DNA from: Oscillospiraceae bacterium
GTDB taxonomy: Bacteria; Bacillota; Clostridia; Oscillospirales; Oscillospiraceae
Length of the DNA: 42,270 nt
NCBI GenBank assembly: GCA_024698225.1
Contig: JAILRK010000242.1
Coordinates: 1-42,270, forward strand
Reading direction: 5' to 3'
How positions within the stretch are numbered: the stretch's first letter is position 1; each line of letters starts with the position of its first letter. The notes below the pieces were generated by a model. The model saw nothing but the letters and a program-made list of their open reading frames with translations, was not told the origin of the DNA and ran no database searches. The translations under genes were made by a program, and so were the position numbers. Below are positions 35,646 to 42,270 of this stretch, piece after piece.

Positions 35646-37175
35646 ATGAAGAAGCAGTTGATCCGCGCGCTGTTGTGCGCGCTGTTGCTTGGCGGGATAC
35701 TTGTCGGCAAGCCGTCGGCCCTCTCGGCGGAGCAGGTTGCCATGGACGGAGACTATACGTCCTCCGGCGAGGTAGATGTGGACGGGGGCTCCGGCTGGTC
35801 GTTTGACTGGTACACGTTTTCGCTGACGCTCAAGGTCTCCGGCGGCACGATCTCCTCCATCACGCAACAATTCACACAATTCCCCGACGACACCTACAGC
35901 GACGAGTGCCAAAGCAAAGCGCTTGCTGGACTGAGGGCGGAGCTGCTGGGAAAGCCTGCCACGGTAAGCGCTGTTGATTCCTATGCGGTTGACGCCGTCA
36001 GCGGCGCGACCTTTTCCTACCACGCCCTGCGCTCTGCCGTCCTCGAGGCGCTGGCAAATGCGCCGGAGGCGGCGAACGTAACGCGCCATACCGTGACCTA
36101 CGATCTGAACGGAGCGCCCGACGGAACGCTGACGGCGGAATATGCGGCGGGCGATCTTGTCGAGCCCATCGAACCCGTATGGAAGGACCATGTGTTCACG
36201 GGCTGGACGGGCGTTTCCCTGACGGACGGGAGCTTTCTCATGCCGGAACAGGACGTTACGCTGACGGCGCATTGGCTCAATACCGTTACCATTGGCGCGG
36301 GCGGCAGCAAGACCATCGTGCGGCGGGAGGGCGGCTATGCGCTGCGCGCGACGCTCGGCGGCGCGGAACTGCCACCTTCCGAGGACTGTCTGTGCCTTTG
36401 CGCGCTCTACGACGGTGCGGGCAGAGTGATTCTCGTCCGCTCCGCCGCCGTCACGGAGGGCAAGCCGTCATACGCCGATTTCGTGCTGGACGAGGTACAG
36501 ACCGGGTGGCGCGCCAAGGTCTTTCTGCTGCAGGAGGATGACGGTCTGCCGCTGGTGCGGTCTGCGGAGCTGCGCTTTGCCGATGCTTTCCCCGACGGGG
36601 TGTACTCCGGCAGCGCCCAATGCCTGTCCGACTATATCAACTATTTGGTCGATGTTGAAGTAACGGTGACGGACGGGGTCATCACCGGCCTCACGGATAA
36701 AACGCTGCGCACACCGATGTCAACGAGGGACAGGGAATGCTACGCGGCGGCGTGGGAGGATTTATATGGGCGTATCCTGTCCGGCAAGTATGCTGCGGAC
36801 GGCTTTGAAGCGGTAGACGCGGTCTCCGGCGCAACAATCTCCTCCAATGGGATCAACGCCGCCGTCTGCGACGCTGTGAGCGAGCAGCGCGTTCCCATGG
36901 AGCCGGATGATGCGGAGGTGTACGCCCCGGAGGGTATATCGCTCTACGCGCGCGCCTATCCCGTTGTCAAGGTCAAGGACGGAACAATCACTGACATCCG
37001 CGTCGTCCCCGCGCGTGACAGCGACGGAGAGGCGCTCTCGGCGTTTGCCGCGCAGATACGGGAGCAGCAGTCCGTCAATCTTCCCCTTCCTTCGCTCATT
37101 CAGGACGACGCCTACAGCGTGGCAAGCCTGATCGACCAGCTTTTATACGGAAAAGGGGTGCTGAACGATGGGTGA
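35646..37175 (+). CDS. secreted multi-FMN-bind (flavinylated) protein with InlB-B/Flg_new-type repeat
   Basis: GGAGG RBS, Sec signal ending ALSA; DGDYTS...VDAVSGATFS; TVTYDLNG...FTGW...MPEQDVTLTAHW; DGVYSG...VDAVSGATISS; degenerate third VKVKDGTITDI unit. Confidence 0.82.
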   Translation: MKKQLIRALLCALLLGGILVGKPSALSAEQVAMDGDYTSSGEVDVDGGSGWSFDWYTFSLTLKVSGGTISSITQQFTQFPDDTYSDECQSKALAGLRAELLGKPATVSAVDSYAVDAVSGATFSYHALRSAVLEALANAPEAANVTRHTVTYDLNGAPDGTLTAEYAAGDLVEPIEPVWKDHVFTGWTGVSLTDGSFLMPEQDVTLTAHWLNTVTIGAGGSKTIVRREGGYALRATLGGAELPPSEDCLCLCALYDGAGRVILVRSAAVTEGKPSYADFVLDEVQTGWRAKVFLLQEDDGLPLVRSAELRFADAFPDGVYSGSAQCLSDYINYLVDVEVTVTDGVITGLTDKTLRTPMSTRDRECYAAAWEDLYGRILSGKYAADGFEAVDAVSGATISSNGINAAVCDAVSEQRVPMEPDDAEVYAPEGISLYARAYPVVKVKDGTITDIRVVPARDSDGEALSAFAAQIREQQSVNLPLPSLIQDDAYSVASLIDQLLYGKGVLNDG

Positions 37176-38631
37176 AAAAACCATGACGAGGCGCGCATTT
37201 CTCCGCGACAGCGCCGCTCTGCTGCTGGGAACCGCCGCCGTCTGCGTATTCGAGAGGGCGCTTCCGCCTGACGCCGCGCTCGCCTTAGAAAACAGCGGCA
37301 CGGACATGAGCCTTTCCATCGTGCGCGACACCGACAAGTGTATCGCCTGCGGAAAGTGCGTGGAAATCTGCTCCGAGCGGCAGGGACTGAACATTCTGGA
37401 GCTGAGCAAACGGTCGGACGGCAAAACCGTTTCCTCTCTGAAAAACGCCTCATCACTGGCGGACAGCCGATGCATCGGCTGCGGGCAATGCGCGCGCCAC
37501 TGTCCCAGCGGCGCGATCTCGGTGCGGGACGGTCTGGGCTCGGTCAACGCAGCGCTGAACGACAGCCGCTACCGGGCGATTGTGTGGCAATTCGCCCCCT
37601 CCGCCCAGCATGTCGTCAGCGAGGAGTTCCATATGCTCGCGGGAACGGACGTATGCGGAAAGCTCGCCGCCGCCGTCCGCGTGGTCGATGAGAGAAGCAT
37701 GGCGGTCAGCACGGACTTCGGCGCGGACATCACCATCATGGAGGAGGCAACGGAACTGGTCAGCCGTCTACAGGAGGAAGCGTGGCAAAAGCCGTTGATG
37801 ACCTCCTGCTGTCCGGGATGGGTCAACTATGTCGAGCTGAACCATCCCGAGTTGATCCCGCATCTTTCGTCCTGCAAGTCGCCCATGGAAATGCTGGGCG
37901 CTTTGGTCAAGACGCAGATCCCGCAAAGGCTGGGCATTGCTGCCGAAGACATCTTCCATATCGCCGTCATGCCCTGCACAGCGAAGAAATACGAGCGCGC
38001 CCGCCCTGAGATGCTGACGGACGGCGTCCCCTCGGTGGACGCGGTGCTGACGGTGACGGAGTTCAAGAAGCTGCTTGAGCTCCACAATATCGACCTGTCA
38101 GCGTTAGAGGATGAGCCTTACAATGATATGTTTGCCGGAACCAGCGGCGCGGGGCGCATCTTCGGGGCTTCGGGCGGCGTCTGTGAGGCGGCGCTGCGCA
38201 CCGCGTATTACCTGCTGACCGGCAGCGAGCCGCCGCAGGTGGAGTTTATCGCGCTGCGCGGCAACGAGGACGTCAAAGAGTCCGAAATCACAATCGGAGA
38301 CCGCACCGTCCGTGTCTGCGTGGTCAACGGTATTGCAAACGTGAAGGGGATTGTGGAGGCGGTCAAGGCGGGAAGCTGCGCGTATGACTTCGTCGAGGTC
38401 ATGACGTGTCGGGGTGGTTGCTCCGGCGGCGGCGGAACGCCCGCGCTCTTCGGAGACGTCGGCGTCCGTCACAGAGGGCTGTACCGCTACGACAATAGCG
38501 CCTCCGTGCGCTCCAGCCACAACAATGCGACGCTGTCCAGACTGTATGAGGACTATCTCGGCTCGCCCTGCTCCGAGCTGGCTGAGGAACTGCTCCACAC
38601 CACCTACGATGAACACAGGGGGACGCTATGA
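37168..38631 (+). CDS. hydA: monomeric group A [FeFe]-hydrogenase with N-terminal Tat signal and 2x[4Fe-4S] domain
   Basis: TRRAFLR twin-arginine motif, h-region and ALA; CIACGKCVEIC, CIGCGQCARHCP; ADITIMEEATEL; L1 TSCCPGW, L2 MPCTAKKYE, L3 EVMTCRGGCSGGGG; fused small-subunit-like tail RSSHNN..LY..YLG.P.S..AEELLHTTY. Confidence 0.92.
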   Translation: MGEKTMTRRAFLRDSAALLLGTAAVCVFERALPPDAALALENSGTDMSLSIVRDTDKCIACGKCVEICSERQGLNILELSKRSDGKTVSSLKNASSLADSRCIGCGQCARHCPSGAISVRDGLGSVNAALNDSRYRAIVWQFAPSAQHVVSEEFHMLAGTDVCGKLAAAVRVVDERSMAVSTDFGADITIMEEATELVSRLQEEAWQKPLMTSCCPGWVNYVELNHPELIPHLSSCKSPMEMLGALVKTQIPQRLGIAAEDIFHIAVMPCTAKKYERARPEMLTDGVPSVDAVLTVTEFKKLLELHNIDLSALEDEPYNDMFAGTSGAGRIFGASGGVCEAALRTAYYLLTGSEPPQVEFIALRGNEDVKESEITIGDRTVRVCVVNGIANVKGIVEAVKAGSCAYDFVEVMTCRGGCSGGGGTPALFGDVGVRHRGLYRYDNSASVRSSHNNATLSRLYEDYLGSPCSELAEELLHTTYDEHRGTL

Positions 38632-38810
38632 AGATCGGACTGGGAGAGCTGCTGGTCGTATTTGCAGTGGCACTCGTTGTGATCGGGCCGGATAAACTGC
38701 CCGACTTCGCCCGCAAGTGCGGAAAATCGCTCGCACTGTTTCGAAAAGCCTATCGGGATGCGGCGGAGGAACTGACAGGCGAAGAGAGCGGGAAAGGAGA
38801 TGACGCTTGA
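38628..38810 (+). CDS. tatB: twin-arginine translocase TatA/TatB family subunit (TatB-like)
   Basis: MKIGLGELLVVFAVALVVIGPDKLP; 4-bp overlap with hydA; GP.KLP hinge is TatB-like. Confidence 0.78.
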   Translation: MKIGLGELLVVFAVALVVIGPDKLPDFARKCGKSLALFRKAYRDAAEELTGEESGKGDDA

Positions 38811-38989
38811 TGAGGATTGGAGCACCTGAACTGCTGCTGACGTTGCTGATTGTCGTGATTCTGTTCGGACCGAGCCAAATTCCGAAGCTGGGAAAGCTGT
38901 TCGGAACGGGTATCAAAGGCTTTCGGGATGGTCTGAGCGGAGGTGATTCAGAGGCTGGAACCAATGACGACACAGAAGAATGCAAGTAA
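38810..38989 (+). CDS. tatA: twin-arginine translocase subunit TatA
   Basis: MRIGAPELLLTLLIVVILFGPSQIPKLGKLFGTGIKGFR; FG hinge; TGATG coupling. Confidence 0.9.
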   Translation: MRIGAPELLLTLLIVVILFGPSQIPKLGKLFGTGIKGFRDGLSGGDSEAGTNDDTEECK

Positions 38990-39728
38990 CGCCGACGGGG
39001 AAATGAGCGTCGCCGCGCACCTGCGAGAGCTGCGGCGACGCCTTCTCACCTATCTCGGCGCGCTGGCGGTCTGTCTGCTCTTCGGGCTTCGCTATGCGCC
39101 GGAGCTGACGCGGCGGCTGCTGTCGCTCGGCGAAGCGTATTCCTACCGCTTTGTTTACCTCTCGCCGGAGGAGTTGCTGCTGGAATACCTCCGCATCAGT
39201 CTTGCCGCCTCGTTCTGTGTGACGCTGCCTGGATTGCTGTATGAGATCTGGATGTTTCTGCGTCCGGGGCTGAGGCGCGACGAACGGCTGGCGGTGCTGG
39301 TGGCGATGCTCTCTGGTACTCTTTGCGCGGCGCTGGGCGCGGCGTTTGCCTATCGAATCATGACGCCCTTCGTTCTGCGCTTTCTCTTTTCCCTGAGCGA
39401 CGGAATCGGCGTCGCATCCTCGGTGTCGGTACGGAGCTATCTTTCGTTCCTGCTCACGCAGCTCGCGGTCTTCGCGGCGGTGTTTGAGCTGCCGGTCATT
39501 CTGGCAATACTGACATGGTTCGGACTTGTCCGCGCGAAGACCCTGCGGCGCTTGCGCAAGCCAATCATCGTGCTGTGCTTTCTGCTCGCAGCGATCATCA
39601 CGCCGCCCGACCCCTTTTCGCAGATCATGGTCGCCGTGCCGCTGCTGCTGCTCTTTGAGCTGAGCATCGCGCTCTGCTCGCTGCTGGAAAAGCGTCACGG
39701 CAAAATGAAATCGAGCAGGAGAGGCTGA
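38964..39728 (+). CDS. tatC: twin-arginine translocase subunit TatC
   Basis: MSVAAHLRELRRRL, EIWMFLRPGL..E, FELPV, AAIITPPDPFSQ; start could be 39003. Confidence 0.93.
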   Translation: MTTQKNASNADGEMSVAAHLRELRRRLLTYLGALAVCLLFGLRYAPELTRRLLSLGEAYSYRFVYLSPEELLLEYLRISLAASFCVTLPGLLYEIWMFLRPGLRRDERLAVLVAMLSGTLCAALGAAFAYRIMTPFVLRFLFSLSDGIGVASSVSVRSYLSFLLTQLAVFAAVFELPVILAILTWFGLVRAKTLRRLRKPIIVLCFLLAAIITPPDPFSQIMVAVPLLLLFELSIALCSLLEKRHGKMKSSRRG

Positions 39729-39732
39729 GTAA

Positions 39733-39788
39733 GCCCCGTCCTCTCACACGTACCGTTCCGTACACGGCGGTTCAGCCGAATACGTGCA
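39733..39788 (-). mobile_element. second, more degraded group IIC intron domain V/VI fragment
   Basis: GCCCCGTCCTCTCACA-CGTACCGTTCCGTACACGGCGGTTCAGCCGAATACGTGCA is near-identical to 30625-30691 apart from an 11-bp gap and 3 substitutions; same strand; abuts a hairpin. Confidence 0.82.
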
Positions 39789-39822
39789 ACGACCATGGCG
39801 ATTTGCACCCGCCATGGTCGTT
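39788..39822. terminator. terminator hairpin
   Basis: AACGACCATGGCG-N9-CGCCATGGTCGTT between convergent tatC and DUF3783 genes. Confidence 0.8.
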
Positions 39823-39850
39823 TCCGTTTTGTCCGCCGGTTTTTCCATCC

Positions 39851-40240
39851 TCAGGGCTGCCGCTGCATCTGCTGCTTCATCAGCTCGTGCTCGCGCACGA
39901 CCTCCTGCATCAGGTCGCAGAGCGTCCAGTCCCGGTTGTGCTCCGTCAGCACCGCCTTATAGGGCACGGACACACCCGCGCGCCGCATGGCGGCAAGCAG
40001 GCGGTCAAGCTGACGCTCCCCGAGGCCGCAGAGCAGCATGAACGACTCCTGCGGCGGCGGCTCCGGCGCGGGCGCATCGTGCACGGCGGCGTTCGTGGAC
40101 ACCAGCCGCGCCACGCGCTCCCCCGCCTGCGCCTCGCCCACGGTCACGGTGAACAGCTTCTGCGCCAGCAGCACGCCGCGCAGTGCGCGCCCCGTCTCCG
40201 TGTCGCTGTCCAGATGATACAACAGCACCTTCGAGCGCAT
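39851..40240 (-). CDS. DUF3783 domain-containing protein
   Basis: FMLLCGL...QLDRLLAAMRRAGVSVPYKAVLTEHNRDW...L..E..REHELM; GGAGG RBS. Confidence 0.85.
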   Translation of the reverse strand: MRSKVLLYHLDSDTETGRALRGVLLAQKLFTVTVGEAQAGERVARLVSTNAAVHDAPAPEPPPQESFMLLCGLGERQLDRLLAAMRRAGVSVPYKAVLTEHNRDWTLCDLMQEVVREHELMKQQMQRQP

Positions 40241-40252
40241 ATCCGTCCCTCC

Positions 40253-40453
40253 TCAGCGTCTCTTTTTTTCCTTGCGCAGCCGTTTGGCGTGGCGCTTGCG
40301 CGCGCGCAGCACACCCAGCGTCGTGCTGACGCCGACGGCAAAGCGCAGCAGGTCGCGCGCGCCCACGTCCGCAAACACGCCGACGCCCTGATGCTCCGCC
40401 GCCGCGTGCAGGCGCTTTCCGTCCTTTTCGCTTTTCTCCGCCCAAAGCCTCAT
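40253..40453 (-). CDS. small hypothetical protein
   Basis: Exactly fills the gap in a tight minus-strand operon; GAGGGGG RBS; no recognisable motif. Confidence 0.5.
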   Translation of the reverse strand: MRLWAEKSEKDGKRLHAAAEHQGVGVFADVGARDLLRFAVGVSTTLGVLRARKRHAKRLRKEKKRR

Positions 40454-40465
40454 TTCGCATCCCCC

Positions 40466-41557
40466 TCAGAAGTCGCGCCCGTCCAGCGCCGCAAGTCCGA
40501 AGCGCACCGCGCGCTCAATGCGCGCGCGTCCCGCCTCGTCGGACGTCTCATACGCCTCGCGCAGCACACGCAAAAACGCACCGCGCAGCGAGTCCTCCTG
40601 CGCGCGCGCCCAGACGTCCTCCCGGATGCGTGTCTCGTCGCGCAGCTCCAGTGAGAAGCAGTCCGGGGCGAAGCGCTCCCGTATTGATTTTATGTCAACT
40701 CCTCGCTCGTCCGTCTCGCCCGTGAAGACCACGCGGAAGAGGTCGCTTGCCGCCGTCTCGGGCAGCGCCGCCTCCAGCGCGCGCTCGGGCGTCGTGTCCG
40801 TCACGTCCACGCGCAGGCTGCGATAGCGGCGGCGGGCAAAGGGCACAAAGCGGACCTCCGCCCTTCCCGCCTCCAGCGTTCCGACCAGCACGCCCCGCTC
40901 GTCCGTCTCGTCAAAGCCGCGTCCCTCGGGACAGCCCGCGTAGGCACAGAGGGTGCGTCCGAAGCGCTTCGCACCGTCAAAGCGGTGCACGTGTCCCAGC
41001 GCGAGATAGTCAAGGCCCGAGGCGGCAATCTCCTCCGGCGTGAGCGGGTTGTAGCGCGCCTCGGCGGCGTTCAGGTCGCCGTGGAGCACCATCACATGCG
41101 CAAGACCGTCCTCCGCCGCGGCAAAGCCCGCCAAAAGGCTGCTGTCCTGCGCGGCGGCGGTGAACGCCGCGCCGTAGACCGCGCAGCCCAGCTCCGGCAG
41201 CACCACGCGCTCTATCTCGCGCGTGCGGAAGATATGCACGTTCTCCGGCCAGGTCATGGTGGCATAGGGCGAGCGCGCGCTGTAATAATCGTGGTTGCCC
41301 GGGGCGATGAACACCTGCGCGCGCATGCTGCCCAGCGCGTCGCCGAGCGCCTCCAGCGTGTCGCGGTAAATCGTCGCCCCGTCGAAGAGGTCCCCCGCAA
41401 GGAGGACGAGCGCGATGTCATTCTGGTTTACATAATTCGCAAGGCGCTCCGGCAGACGCCGGACCTCGCGGCGGCGCTGCTGCGCGCGGGGCGCATCGAG
41501 CGCGGCAAAGGGACTGTCGAGGTGAAAATCCGCCGCATGAAGAAATCGAATCGCCAT
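40466..41557 (-). CDS. Mre11/SbcD-like (YhaO-type) metallophosphoesterase, DNA repair exonuclease
   Basis: FLHAADFHLDSPF, LAGDLFD, PGNHD, LHG, YLALGHVH, GCPEGRGFDE; start ATG 41557. Confidence 0.9.
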   Translation of the reverse strand: MAIRFLHAADFHLDSPFAALDAPRAQQRRREVRRLPERLANYVNQNDIALVLLAGDLFDGATIYRDTLEALGDALGSMRAQVFIAPGNHDYYSARSPYATMTWPENVHIFRTREIERVVLPELGCAVYGAAFTAAAQDSSLLAGFAAAEDGLAHVMVLHGDLNAAEARYNPLTPEEIAASGLDYLALGHVHRFDGAKRFGRTLCAYAGCPEGRGFDETDERGVLVGTLEAGRAEVRFVPFARRRYRSLRVDVTDTTPERALEAALPETAASDLFRVVFTGETDERGVDIKSIRERFAPDCFSLELRDETRIREDVWARAQEDSLRGAFLRVLREAYETSDEAGRARIERAVRFGLAALDGRDF

Positions 41558-41564
41558 CTGTGCC

Positions 41565-42047
41565 CTACACCGTTTCGTCCTTCGGCTTGCACACGTCCAC
41601 CCAGCCGGAAAAGCCGGAGGCGCAGCGCGCCAGTTCGTCACAGGTCATCTCAATGGCGCTGTTGGCGCTGCCCGCGGCGGGAAAGACCGTCGCAAAGCGG
41701 CGCAGGGACTCGTCGAGATAGACGGCGACACCCTCCGGCAGGGCAAAGGGGCATACGCCGCCCGGGTCGTGACCAAGCATGTCGTGCGCCTGGGCAAAGG
41801 TCAGGAATTTCGGCTTTGCGCCGAACCTCGCCTTGAATTTGCTGCTGTTGATTTTCCGGTCTCCGGCGGTCACGACCAGAATCGCCTTCTCACCGAGCAG
41901 GAAGCCCATGCTCTTGGCAATGCGCGCGCCGTCGACGCCGAGGGCGATTGCCGCCAGCTCCACCGTCGCGCTGGACAGCTCGAGCTCGCGGATGCGCTCC
42001 GCCATACCGAGGGGCTGCAGCTCCTCCCGCACCTTTTCAATTGACAT
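41565..42047 (-). CDS. YbaK/EbsC aminoacyl-tRNA deacylase-family protein
   Basis: SSATVELAA..LGV...RIAKS, GHDPGGVCPF, VYLDESL, VFPAAGS. Confidence 0.92.
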   Translation of the reverse strand: MSIEKVREELQPLGMAERIRELELSSATVELAAIALGVDGARIAKSMGFLLGEKAILVVTAGDRKINSSKFKARFGAKPKFLTFAQAHDMLGHDPGGVCPFALPEGVAVYLDESLRRFATVFPAAGSANSAIEMTCDELARCASGFSGWVDVCKPKDETV

Positions 42048-42071
42048 AACTATTATTTCTCCCAGTTATCG

Positions 42072-42269
42072 TTATCTGATATCCACCCGCTCGACCGCCG
42101 TGCAGAGCCCCGTCTCGTCGTCGAGGGTAAAGATTGCCCCCTGCAGCTTGCACGCTCCCTCCGCCGGACGGTAGCGTCCGGGCAGTCCGCCGAGGAAGCC
42201 CTCCACCGACTGCTTCGGCTCAACGCCGATGACGCCGCGCACGGGGCCCGTCATGCCGAGGTCGCTGAT
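42072..42269 (-). CDS. C-terminal part of a YmdB/TIGR00282 metallophosphoesterase (5' outside window)
   Basis: ISDLGMTGPVRGVIGV...F....P.R......LQGA..D..TG....VER. Confidence 0.85.
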   Translation of the reverse strand: MSDLGMTGPVRGVIGVEPKQSVEGFLGGLPGRYRPAEGACKLQGAIFTLDDETGLCTAVERVDIR

Positions 42270-42270
42270 G

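Overview
High-GC, mostly housekeeping segment of a monoderm Firmicute. SLH-domain proteins, Gram-positive LexA boxes and an ECF S-component suggest Clostridia, probably Oscillospiraceae-like; this taxonomy is inference. The backbone carries a Suv3-like helicase, DJ-1, two PfkB kinases, HU, a Y-family polymerase/YolD pair, a GH17-SLH glucanase, LysR, MoxR/VWA, a cysteine desulfidase, an opp operon, several transporters, an FMN riboswitch-ribU unit, galM, and SbcD/YbaK/YmdB-like genes. The stand-out is a ~9.2 kb block (about 30600-39790) bracketed by two same-orientation relics of a class C group II intron. It encodes (i) a 1491-aa surface protein fusing two flavinylation (FMN-bind) domains, a repeat/propeller region, a subtilase and SLH anchors, (ii) a secreted multi-FMN-bind protein, (iii) a monomeric [FeFe]-hydrogenase with its own N-terminal twin-arginine signal, and (iv) a dedicated tatB/tatA/tatC set. 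A divergent promoter region with four GTTAG-N6-CTAAC-type (DtxR/MntR-like) palindromes drives the block. Together this looks like a metal-regulated, extracytoplasmic H2-to-flavoprotein redox module. Also notable are an apparently circularly permuted OppA and a perfect SOS box in the promoter of a SLOG/YspA-like gene. All assignments come from motif recognition by eye; no searches were run.
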